DNA from: a virus
DNA length: 64,000 bases
IMG/VR virus record: IMGVR_UViG_3300032307_000797
Direction: 5' to 3' (one strand)
Made by a program: the position numbers and the translations under genes. Positions 48,691-57,772 of this stretch are shown here, piece after piece. Within the stretch, counting starts at the first letter, position 1, and the number at the start of each line of letters is the position of its first letter. The notes below the pieces were generated by a model, which was not told the DNA's origin, made no database searches, and saw nothing but the letters and a program-made list of their open reading frames with translations.

Positions 48691-50030
48691 TTTTCTTCCT
48701 CAGATTCATCCGTCGGAAGTGGTGTTTCAATTATTTCTGATGTTGGTTCTTCAATTATCGGTGTTGGTTCAATTTCTACGGGCTCCTCGATAACCTCATC
48801 AACCGGTTCTTCTATTTCCTCAACAATCGGTGTTGGGGTTGGTTCAGGGGTTTGTATTTGATTAAGAGCGTTGTCCAACTCTTCGGTATATTCAAACCCA
48901 TATGGTTTTTCAGGTTCGTTAATTTCTTCTTCAATAACAGGGGTCGGAGTCTCAACAATTTCTTCATTAACTATTAGTGTGGGAGTTTCCATAATTTCCT
49001 CCTCAATTACAGGAGTTGGGGTCTCGATAACTTCTTCAACAACAATCGGTGTTTCAGTTATTTCGACAATATTTTCCTCTGTTATGAAACCATCATATCC
49101 ATCTAATGCAACTTCTTCAGGAACCACATCAACTTGTGGCGTTTCGATTACAGGTTGTTCTTCCGTCTTTACATCATCGGTTGAGTATCCGTAATCCTCT
49201 CTTTCTTCATATTGTTCTTTAATTGAATCAAGAGTTTCATTTGTTATTTGCGGCGTATTGTTGTTATCGGTAAGGTCCCAAAAATTCTCATTGATTATTT
49301 TCATGAACTCTTCGGGAACATCTTTAGTTGAGATGTTAAATTCCTCTTTAACTTTTGGAGTTTCTTCAGGGGTGGATTGTGGTGTCTTGTTTAATAACTT
49401 TTCAAGTGCCATTAAATCTTCTTCAGACAAACGGATTCTTGATACTTCCCCCACAATATCTTTAGCGTCAACAGTTGGGATTTCTTCTTTGATTGGTTCC
49501 TCAACCACATTATCGTTTGATTGAACGATATTTTCTTTTATCGGTTCATTTGACGATATTTCTTTATTCTCCTGTGTGAATTTAACTAACATGTGAAGGA
49601 ATGATAACGAAATTAACGGTAACATACCTCCCGAGAAAAATGCAAGGAATCTTTTATGTCCCACCAAATCTGTTGGCTCCACACCAATGAATTCAATTAG
49701 TGGTGAAACAAGTTCGACCCATGAAGTAAATGATGGACTATTGATGTCAATGTATGAATATGCAAAATAGATATTACCAATAAATTGTACCAAGGTCACA
49801 ATACCAAATGGGAAGTAAACCTTCTTACCCATATTTGCCGAAATTGCGGCAAGTGCTGATAAAGCAGCAATCTCAACACCAATGGAAAGGTATACCGCCC
49901 AAGTTAATGGGTTAGATATACCATACCATTTAGTAACGTGTGAAATCGATACAATTGCGACAGTTATAATCGGAATTAAAAATGCCGATATAATAAGTGT
50001 CTTGTAATTTCTATTAAACCAATTCTTCAT
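48681..50030 (-). CDS. Four-TM membrane protein with long acidic Pro/Glu-rich tail
   Basis: Four hydrophobic segments in the first ~150 aa; EExxETPTPVI repeats. Confidence 0.8.
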   Translation of the reverse strand: MKNWFNRNYKTLIISAFLIPIITVAIVSISHVTKWYGISNPLTWAVYLSIGVEIAALSALAAISANMGKKVYFPFGIVTLVQFIGNIYFAYSYIDINSPSFTSWVELVSPLIEFIGVEPTDLVGHKRFLAFFSGGMLPLISLSFLHMLVKFTQENKEISSNEPIKENIVQSNDNVVEEPIKEEIPTVDAKDIVGEVSRIRLSEEDLMALEKLLNKTPQSTPEETPKVKEEFNISTKDVPEEFMKIINENFWDLTDNNNTPQITNETLDSIKEQYEEREDYGYSTDDVKTEEQPVIETPQVDVVPEEVALDGYDGFITEENIVEITETPIVVEEVIETPTPVIEEEIMETPTLIVNEEIVETPTPVIEEEINEPEKPYGFEYTEELDNALNQIQTPEPTPTPIVEEIEEPVDEVIEEPVEIEPTPIIEEPTSEIIETPLPTDESEEEKKK

Positions 50031-50317
50031 TAATTCAACTTACCTTCTAATGTCTTTATTTCATTGTCGATTTGAGTTTGTCTGTTGACATCTAAGATTT
50101 TTCTATCTGTTGATTGAATCATTCTCTTCTCTGCCTTCAAACCTTCAATCTGTAAACGAAGATTTAACTCTTCTTTTGTGTAGGTGGAATCTTTAATCGT
50201 TTGAACTTCTTTTCTCATTTTAGATAGTTCTCTTCCATCACCACAGCTCTTGAAAAACCCAAGTAGGGCAATAGCAAGAACAATTACTGTAAAGTTATTT
50301 TGTACGAACTTTTTCAT
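50030..50317 (-). CDS. Putative lipoprotein/spanin-like coiled-coil protein
   Basis: Hydrophobic N-terminus ending FFKSC, followed by a coiled coil. Confidence 0.55.
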   Translation of the reverse strand: MKKFVQNNFTVIVLAIALLGFFKSCGDGRELSKMRKEVQTIKDSTYTKEELNLRLQIEGLKAEKRMIQSTDRKILDVNRQTQIDNEIKTLEGKLN

Positions 50318-50328
50318 AATTTTTTATT

Positions 50329-51138
50329 TTATAAATAGTTTAGTAATCCATAACTATCGTTTCTCAGCTTTTTAAGTGCCTTGTCACGTAGTTGTCTGAT
50401 TCGTTCTTTGGTACATCCAAATTGTTCTCCAAGGTCCTCGAGATTCATCTCCACTCCCGTCAAACCATATGATTTTTCAATAATCACTTTTTCTCTATCA
50501 TCTAAGATTGACAACATCATATCAACTCTCTTCTTTACCTCAGCAGGAGTATTGAGTAGTGCTTCAGGGTCATCAGCGTCTCTATTAATGATAATGTCAA
50601 TTAGAGTATCTCCCTCTTCATTGATTTCATCACTTAGGTTTACACAGTGAGGTAAAACAAACTCTCGGCCAGTATCATCGTAGTTAATGAAGAATTGGTC
50701 ATCCTTTGGTTGTTCATTTTTCTGTTTCTTCTGATTTTCCTGAATGATGTTTGATGGTAACCGAATCATTCTAGCATTCTCGTTTAAAGATGCCATGATT
50801 GATTGTTTCACCCACCACACTGCATAGGAAATAAATTTAAACCCACTTTTGGGGTCAAATCTTTCTGCTGCTTTCATAAGACCAATATTACCCTCAGATA
50901 TCAAATCCATGATATCCATACCTTGTCCTTGGTATAATTTGGCAACGGTGATTACAAAACGAAGATTACCCACAACGAGTTCGTCGAGTAACTTCTGTTT
51001 TTCTGTTTTGGTAATGTCTTTTCGGATTAACTCCTTAAAAATCTCATCTTGTCTTTCGTGTGAGATTACCTTGATTTTACGGATGTCTTTGATGTACTGT
51101 TGTATCTCCTCCGTATTAATGAGAATAGATTTTGCCAT
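50329..51138 (-). CDS. Sigma-70 family RNA polymerase sigma factor (RpoD-like, no region 1.1)
   Basis: NLRFVITVAK, DLISEGNIGLMKAAERFD, KFISYAVWW, TKERIRQL. Confidence 0.95.
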   Translation of the reverse strand: MAKSILINTEEIQQYIKDIRKIKVISHERQDEIFKELIRKDITKTEKQKLLDELVVGNLRFVITVAKLYQGQGMDIMDLISEGNIGLMKAAERFDPKSGFKFISYAVWWVKQSIMASLNENARMIRLPSNIIQENQKKQKNEQPKDDQFFINYDDTGREFVLPHCVNLSDEINEEGDTLIDIIINRDADDPEALLNTPAEVKKRVDMMLSILDDREKVIIEKSYGLTGVEMNLEDLGEQFGCTKERIRQLRDKALKKLRNDSYGLLNYL

Positions 51139-51180
51139 TATATAGTTGTTTCGGTTTACTATAAAGGTAACAAAAATATT

Positions 51181-51645
51181 CTAATTTTCAAAGTTATCCA
51201 AGAACTTTTTTTCATCCTCGGTTAAACTTTCAATACCGTACTGTTCAATCTTCTCTAAAATGACATCAAGGTCTAAGTCAGAAGTCATGACTCTATCCTC
51301 CGCAACATCCTGTTTTTCGTACTCTATACGTAATGATGTGCGGTCTTCTTTAGGTTTGAAAATAAAATCTTTCATCTGCACCGGTAAATTGGCGCTGTAG
51401 ATAGATTCTTTCTCAAAAAGAAAATAAAACTTCACAATATCACTAGTTAGGATACTGTGAAGTTCTTCAGATAATTCTCTTCGAGCCAAATCTGACTCAA
51501 ATATAACAATTATATTTTTATTATTTTCAATAACAAAACGAACCGATTTAACTGCGGGACTGTTACCGAGGATTTCGGAACAAAAAAAATCTACATCCTC
51601 ATGGTCTTCAAATATTCCGTATAAAAATAATAAAAATGTCTTCAC
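51181..51645 (-). CDS. Hypothetical protein with DUF6576-like C-terminus
   Basis: LDVILEKIEQYGIESLTEDEKKFL. Confidence 0.6.
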   Translation of the reverse strand: MKTFLLFLYGIFEDHEDVDFFCSEILGNSPAVKSVRFVIENNKNIIVIFESDLARRELSEELHSILTSDIVKFYFLFEKESIYSANLPVQMKDFIFKPKEDRTSLRIEYEKQDVAEDRVMTSDLDLDVILEKIEQYGIESLTEDEKKFLDNFEN

Positions 51646-51647
51646 TA

Positions 51648-52076
51648 TTACTTAATAATTAATAAGGTTGTTAAAGCTAAAATTGCGGTACCACCAAGGA
51701 AACTCTTGAATTTGTTTTTTACTTTTTCCTTCTTGAGTTGAAGTTCTACCGACTTCGTATAATTTTCTAAAACCCCAAACTTTTGTTCATGTGCAACAAT
51801 GATAGTTTTGTAATTTTCTTCCTTTTGTTGCATGGTTACGATTACACTATCCTTCAATGCAACTTTCTCTTCTAATTTAGAAATTTCTTCGTTTGCTAAT
51901 TTTAGTTCTGCCATTGCGGAATCACCTTTTAGAAGGTCTTGTGCGATTTTCTTAAAGGTTGAGACAGGTAAACATTTTACCGGTTCAGGAGTTGGTTCTT
52001 TCTTACTTGTATCTGTCTGAGAAAAAGCCGTCAAGCTCAGGTTCAGTAAAATTGCCAGCGCGATTAATTTTTTCAT
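51648..52076 (-). CDS. Secreted coiled-coil protein with C-terminal TM (spanin-like)
   Basis: Signal peptide ...LTAFS/QTD, long heptad region, C-terminal FLGGTAILALTTLLIIK; overlaps the upstream gene by 74 nt. Confidence 0.55.
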   Translation of the reverse strand: MKKLIALAILLNLSLTAFSQTDTSKKEPTPEPVKCLPVSTFKKIAQDLLKGDSAMAELKLANEEISKLEEKVALKDSVIVTMQQKEENYKTIIVAHEQKFGVLENYTKSVELQLKKEKVKNKFKSFLGGTAILALTTLLIIK

Positions 52077-52395
52077 GATAAATTTCTTTTACAACTGTTT
52101 TTTGTCCTTTTATCTTGTCAATGTCTTTATCGACCTCAACAATCTCTTCGTTAATACCATCGATTTTATCATCCAAAATTTGTTGATTTTTGTTCATTTC
52201 CATAATCAACACATTTAATGAATCAATCTTAGCTTTCTCCTCTACTGACATATTCATTTTCGGAGTTAAAACGAACATCATCCAATACAATACAAATAAA
52301 CCAAACAATACTGAAAGGATTATTTTGTAATGTTTTACTACAAAAGAACCCGTGTTTTTTAGGTTCTCAGAAGCGTTTTTTACTTTGTCATTCAT
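52003..52395 (-). CDS. Single-TM coiled-coil protein (i-spanin-like)
   Basis: IILSVLFGLFVLYWMMFVL followed by a coiled coil. Confidence 0.55.
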   Translation of the reverse strand: MNDKVKNASENLKNTGSFVVKHYKIILSVLFGLFVLYWMMFVLTPKMNMSVEEKAKIDSLNVLIMEMNKNQQILDDKIDGINEEIVEVDKDIDKIKGQKTVVKEIYHEKINRAGNFTEPELDGFFSDRYK

Positions 52396-52418
52396 AATTT
52401 TATTTTATTATAAATATG

Positions 52419-52445
52419 ACAAAAGGGGGTTAATTCACCCCCTTA
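52419..52445 (-). terminator. Rho-independent terminator after clpP
   Basis: Minus strand AAGGGGGT-GAATTA-ACCCCCTTTTGT. Confidence 0.7.
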
Positions 52446-52447
52446 AA

Positions 52448-53110
52448 TTACTTCTTCTTACGGACAATCTCGTCGATAATACCATAGTTTAGAGCATCTT
52501 CAGCAGATAACCAAAGGTCTCGAGACGCGTCATTTTTGACTTGTTCTGCGGATTTTCCACAATACCCACCAAGTAATTCAAAAAGGATATCGTTCAGTTT
52601 TTTCCACTCAACCATATCAATTTCTGCATCTTGGATATTACCTCTGAAACCACCTGAAGATTGGTGTAACATCGTTCTTGAGAAACGAAGTGAACATCTC
52701 TTACCCTTAGTACCTGCACCAAGTAGGATAGAACCCATTGATGCAGCCATTCCTGTGTTAACCGTTCTAATATCTGAATTGATGTAATCCATAACATCAA
52801 CCATAGATAAACCTGATTTAACTGAACCACCGGGACTGTCGATATGCATGGTGATATCGTTGTTATCAATACTATCCAAGAACATAAGTTGTGCTTGAAC
52901 AACTGTTGACATTGAATCGTTCACCTCACCGGCAACCCATATGATTCTTTCCATCATCAAACGTGAGAACACATCCATTGCGGTCACATTAAGTTGTCTC
53001 TCCTCAAGGATATATGGTGTCATACTATCTTCAATACGTTGATTGTAGTAGTGTAAATTCATTCCGCTAATACCTCTGTCCTTAGCAAATAATTTGAAAT
53101 CTCTATTCAT
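52448..53110 (-). CDS. clpP: ATP-dependent Clp protease proteolytic subunit
   Basis: MDVFSRL, IDSPGGSV, GMAASMG, MLHQ, RDLWLSA. Confidence 0.95.
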   Translation of the reverse strand: MNRDFKLFAKDRGISGMNLHYYNQRIEDSMTPYILEERQLNVTAMDVFSRLMMERIIWVAGEVNDSMSTVVQAQLMFLDSIDNNDITMHIDSPGGSVKSGLSMVDVMDYINSDIRTVNTGMAASMGSILLGAGTKGKRCSLRFSRTMLHQSSGGFRGNIQDAEIDMVEWKKLNDILFELLGGYCGKSAEQVKNDASRDLWLSAEDALNYGIIDEIVRKKK

Positions 53111-53148
53111 GTGTATGGTTTTTTTAAAAATACGAAAATTATGTCTTA

Positions 53149-55491
53149 TTACGAAATCTTGGGTGTGATAAAATCGATTGAACTTACGTTATCCTCTTTC
53201 TTAACCATCACCAAATTATCAGACCAGTTTCTGATTAATGTGTTGTGTGAGATAACAAAGATGTGGTCAAAGTATGATTTAATCTTTTTGAAGAACTCTC
53301 CAACCATTTCCAAGTTTTCATCGGCAATTTTACCGAACACTTCATCCATTACCACAATGTTTGGTTTAGGTAATGATGAAATTTTACTCAGTACACTTCT
53401 AAGTGCCAATGATGAGATTGTTCTCTCATATCCTGAACCTGAATTCAATGGTTTAACCACCCTTGTCTCAGTATCAATCATTACAAATTCTACTTCGTTC
53501 TTCTCAGTTACATTCAACTCTAAGATAAAGTAACAACTATCAACCAATAAACGATAAAGCTCCTGATTGATAAGTGGAACCATATTCTTTAAGATGACTT
53601 TTGAAATACCATTCTTACCAAACACAGTTAGATACACTTTAAAGATTGCTTGTGCTTCATTCTCCGCTTTAATTTTCTTGATTAAATCCTGATTGATTTT
53701 AATCTTGTCATTTAAAACGATGATATTACTCTTTAATCTTTCAATACTTGTATTGGTCACACGGATGTTTGCATTTGCCGTTTCAATCTGAGTTTTCAAA
53801 GCAGTAATCTCAGAATCGATTCTTACGTTCTCGTCCAATCTCTGTTTGTTACGGTCATAGTTATCCAACTTAACTTGGATTTTGTCGATTTCCGTTTGTT
53901 TTTGCTCCGCTTCAAGTTCGTATCGTGCCTTCTTTAATTTGTTCTTCTCATACTCATCGTACTCTCTTTTCAAATTTGAAAACACTTTTTCTCGTTCATT
54001 TACTTCGGTAAGTTTGTTTTCATTTTGTTTTTGAATTTCTTTGAGTTTTACAATCTCATCTTTAATCTTATTGATTTCCTCAGTGTGGTCAACTTGGTCC
54101 AATGCGCGATTACAAGTTGGGCAGATAGAACCTTTTTCTAATTGTTCTACCAGATTTTCTTGTCTTCTAATTGTATCAGCATTAACTCGACCTTCAACGA
54201 TTATTCCGTTTACCTCTGATTTAACCTTTTCGTGGTCTTCTTCAAGATAATATTGTGAAGGTTCTTTTACGTCCACCAAATTAGCGGCACTTACCGACGT
54301 ATTCTTTGCGTTGGTGAGTGTCTCAATGTCCCTTCTTAATTGGTCGGGATTTGTTCTAATAAGTTCTTGGTCAATATCGTTGTTCCTCCTTCTTAAAGCA
54401 TCTTCCTTTTTAGATTCGAGTTCTTTAAGACTTGTTTCGTTTGTCTTTAATATCCCCTCTTGGGTTATGATTTGATTTTCAGAATCTGTGATTTGTTCTG
54501 TAAAGGTTTCAATCTCCGTTTCCAACTGAATGGTGTTGTATTGGTTAGAAACGAGTTTCTTACTCCATTCACTTTGTATGTTTTTACAAATCTCTTCTTT
54601 TTGTTTTAGTGTTTCTAAACCTAAGAACTTGGTTAAGATTTGACCTCTCGCAGTTGGTTTGGATTCTATCAATTCCTCCAAGTTATATCCGGTGGTTAAG
54701 ATGGTTGATAAGAAATCTTCTTTATCACCAATAGCGGATGATATGAATACTTCTGTTTCTCTTCTTTGTTCACCATTTAAGTTCTCAACTGTACCATCAG
54801 GATTTACTCTATAGAATTCAAGAGAGTTAGTTACATTGTAATCTCCACTCTTGGTTTTCTTACGTACACACTTTCTTTCAATAACATAATCATCACCATC
54901 AATTGTTACATAACCTTTTACGTGTATTGTATCAACATCAGTGAATCTATTGAATATCTCAATATTAGTTTTTGTCTTTGTTGTTTCATTAAAAAATAGG
55001 AACATCAACAAGTCCACAGTTGCGGTTGATTTACCACCAAAATTCTTGGGTGTTGATTCCACCACAGTAATACCGGGTAAATCTGTAAAATCAATTACAT
55101 TGTTTTCGCCATAAGATAAAAAGTTAGAGAACTCAATTTTCTTAACATACCATTTGTTATATCTAACCTTACTACCACTCTTACTCAATAAATCCTCGTT
55201 AACTTTATTATCAAGTTTGTCAATACGGTCCCAACTAATGTCAATACCATTCTCTTCGATGAATTCTTTCATCAAAGTTTTTTGGTAATCGAAATCTGAA
55301 ATATTCTCAGCAATATCCAATGACTTTAATTTGGTTTGTTCCGTATTTGAAACAACCTTCGTTACAATTTGAACATGCTTAGTGTTATACTTCTTTTGGA
55401 AGTACGATTTAACTCTACTGATTTTCTCTGAGGTAAAATTCTCAGGTGTGTCTTGCCAAGTGACCTTGATGTATGGATTAACGTATGCCAT
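53149..55491 (-). CDS. sbcC: SbcC/Rad50/gp46-like ATPase with extra N-terminal domain
   Basis: FSNFLSYG, NFGGKST, zinc hook CPTC, SGSGYE signature, VMDEVFG, ISH. Confidence 0.9.
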   Translation of the reverse strand: MAYVNPYIKVTWQDTPENFTSEKISRVKSYFQKKYNTKHVQIVTKVVSNTEQTKLKSLDIAENISDFDYQKTLMKEFIEENGIDISWDRIDKLDNKVNEDLLSKSGSKVRYNKWYVKKIEFSNFLSYGENNVIDFTDLPGITVVESTPKNFGGKSTATVDLLMFLFFNETTKTKTNIEIFNRFTDVDTIHVKGYVTIDGDDYVIERKCVRKKTKSGDYNVTNSLEFYRVNPDGTVENLNGEQRRETEVFISSAIGDKEDFLSTILTTGYNLEELIESKPTARGQILTKFLGLETLKQKEEICKNIQSEWSKKLVSNQYNTIQLETEIETFTEQITDSENQIITQEGILKTNETSLKELESKKEDALRRRNNDIDQELIRTNPDQLRRDIETLTNAKNTSVSAANLVDVKEPSQYYLEEDHEKVKSEVNGIIVEGRVNADTIRRQENLVEQLEKGSICPTCNRALDQVDHTEEINKIKDEIVKLKEIQKQNENKLTEVNEREKVFSNLKREYDEYEKNKLKKARYELEAEQKQTEIDKIQVKLDNYDRNKQRLDENVRIDSEITALKTQIETANANIRVTNTSIERLKSNIIVLNDKIKINQDLIKKIKAENEAQAIFKVYLTVFGKNGISKVILKNMVPLINQELYRLLVDSCYFILELNVTEKNEVEFVMIDTETRVVKPLNSGSGYERTISSLALRSVLSKISSLPKPNIVVMDEVFGKIADENLEMVGEFFKKIKSYFDHIFVISHNTLIRNWSDNLVMVKKEDNVSSIDFITPKIS

Positions 55492-56003
55492 TATTTCTTT
55501 TTCTTTTGTAAAACCCAGTTGTTTTCAACTAAGTCATAGGTTTGTACATCTTTTTCTTTGAAGGACATCCATCTTTCAACTTCGGTGCTGTTGTTTGGTT
55601 GGAATGTCGTCCACATGATTTTGTTTCTGTTTTTTACTGTTGTTGGTTTTATCACAATCGCCTGTGTAAAATCTTTGTTGGTACGAATAAACAAATTTTT
55701 TTTCTTATTTGGTAATAAAACTTCATTTATTTTATCATACCAGTATTTTGTCTTTCTGATTGGGATGTTTATTGTTCTGACTCCAAGATTACTAATTAAA
55801 GAATACTTTTCGTTGGACCAAAAGTCACCTTCCCATCCACCACCTTCCATTTCGGCTCCGAAATTGGGGTCATCAGGACTAATAAGGTCAATTGCCGTCT
55901 TATTTGGGTGTGAAATAAATTCGTAACCGAATACTTCTTTACTAAACTTGATACCGAATTCTCTAACAGGTGTGTCATCAAAATTTCTTCTAATAAAAGC
56001 CAT
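55491..56003 (-). CDS. Hypothetical protein, possibly PD-(D/E)XK nuclease-like
   Basis: E...IDL...AEME spacing; ATG at 56003. Confidence 0.45.
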   Translation of the reverse strand: MAFIRRNFDDTPVREFGIKFSKEVFGYEFISHPNKTAIDLISPDDPNFGAEMEGGGWEGDFWSNEKYSLISNLGVRTINIPIRKTKYWYDKINEVLLPNKKKNLFIRTNKDFTQAIVIKPTTVKNRNKIMWTTFQPNNSTEVERWMSFKEKDVQTYDLVENNWVLQKKKK

Positions 56004-56037
56004 TAACAATAAAATATACTATCCACTCTTAGGTGGT

Positions 56038-56346
56038 TTATTTGAGTCTGCTCTCTTCGAAGAACTCAATTATGGCGTTTATCGCCCAAACTGCACCCGC
56101 AGTAAACATTCCGTCAAAGAAAATTGCCGGTAACCAGTGTATCCCATATGATGTTGTCAATCCACCTAAGAAAATTGACATAAAGAAACCAACCCAAGTA
56201 GATGTACACAAAGTACAACTAATCAATTCTCCAAAGAATTTTGATTTAGTTTTAATCCATTGTCGTTGGTTCTCAAAAATGGAACCCCAAACTAAAATCG
56301 ATGTCATTCCATATCCAATGAATGACCATAAAATAATTGATGCCAT
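56038..56346 (-). CDS. DUF1360-like membrane protein
   Basis: GELISCTLCTSTWVG motif, three hydrophobic segments. Confidence 0.7.
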   Translation of the reverse strand: MASIILWSFIGYGMTSILVWGSIFENQRQWIKTKSKFFGELISCTLCTSTWVGFFMSIFLGGLTTSYGIHWLPAIFFDGMFTAGAVWAINAIIEFFEESRLK

Positions 56347-56394
56347 ATAAAAACGTTTTATAAAAATATACGAAAAAAAAATGATGATTCCAAA

Positions 56395-57000
56395 TTAATC
56401 ATCATACAGTGATGACATATCACTATTACGCATCATTCTACCTTTTTTACCAAACGCTTCGAGAGATTTTGTGATTGTGTCGAGTTGTTCCTTTAGATTT
56501 TTATTCTCTTCGGATAAACGATTTATTTCATCGTTATTGATTACTTCTTTAATCACCTCAACAGGTACCTGAACTTCCTTTATGATTTCAACGGGTACCT
56601 CGACTTTAACTTCTTTAATTACTTCTTTGGTTATTACTTGAGTTTTGCCCTTGATTTCAATTGGGACTTCTTTAACCACTTCAACGGGGACCTCTTTAAT
56701 AACTTCTTTAATGATTTCGACGGGAACTTCTTTGACAACCTCTTTGATAACTTCGACAGGTACTTCAACCTTTTTCTCCACGATTTTTTCAACCTCTTTA
56801 ATAATCTCTTTTTCAACTATAATTTCCTTTTCAATTATTTTAGGTTCCGATTTTGCACCTGTCGGTGTCTCCCCAAACTTCAATAACGAAAACCCCCTAT
56901 CGAAAACTTGTTTAGCAAGTTTCTCGGGGTCTTTAATTTCATTCAGTTCACAATACTGAAGAAACTCGTTATCTAACGTTAAGGAGGTTTTCTTCTTCAT
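56395..57000 (-). CDS. Charged-repeat (KEVIKEVPVE) protein
   Basis: About 100 aa made of K/E/V/I/P repeats. Confidence 0.8.
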   Translation of the reverse strand: MKKKTSLTLDNEFLQYCELNEIKDPEKLAKQVFDRGFSLLKFGETPTGAKSEPKIIEKEIIVEKEIIKEVEKIVEKKVEVPVEVIKEVVKEVPVEIIKEVIKEVPVEVVKEVPIEIKGKTQVITKEVIKEVKVEVPVEIIKEVQVPVEVIKEVINNDEINRLSEENKNLKEQLDTITKSLEAFGKKGRMMRNSDMSSLYDD

Positions 57001-57772
57001 TTTCTATGTCTGAGATATCAGATATTGAGAAGTGTAAAAATGGTTGTTCGTTCTTTATGTCATGAGTGGTGTATTCATTTGTTTCCACATCGTACATACC
57101 ATATCCATGGTAGTTTACCGTTTCACCAAAGTTTTGTTGGATTAGTGAACCAATCATAACCGCTTTACCTCCACCGGGTAATTCAAACATTTGTCTTTTA
57201 TGGATATCACCACAAAGAAGTAAATCCAAATCAACAAAGTTTAATGGTGAGAACGCATTATCAAATTCAAATCCCAAATCGGTTGATAAACCTTGAATTG
57301 GTCCATGGAATAACCCAACGTAAAATCCTTCTCCTTTGGTGTATTCAGGTTTTTGATTATGTTCATATAAGGAGTATACTACCCAATTGATATTGTCGTC
57401 TTCATATACACCACTGTTTTTATAGTACTTGATATCCTCATGGTTTAATAATTCAACCACGGGAGTAATACTATCTAAACGTTGTACGTTATTTTCCAAG
57501 AAATCGTGGTTACCGGGAATGATAACTACCTTACCAATAATATCCGCAAGTTCTTTAATGAACCAAGAGGTTAACATCATTTGTTCATTAGAGATATTAA
57601 TCTTTTGATGCGCAATGTCACCAGCGATTACCACTCTTATCTCACGATAATCATAATCCAAAACTTGTTTCTTTAAATCCTCTAAAAGCAATTCAAATTG
57701 TCTTCTGTACATATCATGATACTGATAGGTACGAATGTGTAAATCGGCAATGTGTATAATTTTTTTTATCAT
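56969..57772 (-). CDS. sbcD: SbcD/Mre11/gp47-like metallophosphoesterase nuclease (short)
   Basis: ADLH, AGDI, PGNHD, FHG, GDIHK, GSLIQQNFGE. Confidence 0.9.
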   Translation of the reverse strand: MIKKIIHIADLHIRTYQYHDMYRRQFELLLEDLKKQVLDYDYREIRVVIAGDIAHQKINISNEQMMLTSWFIKELADIIGKVVIIPGNHDFLENNVQRLDSITPVVELLNHEDIKYYKNSGVYEDDNINWVVYSLYEHNQKPEYTKGEGFYVGLFHGPIQGLSTDLGFEFDNAFSPLNFVDLDLLLCGDIHKRQMFELPGGGKAVMIGSLIQQNFGETVNYHGYGMYDVETNEYTTHDIKNEQPFLHFSISDISDIENEEENLLNVR

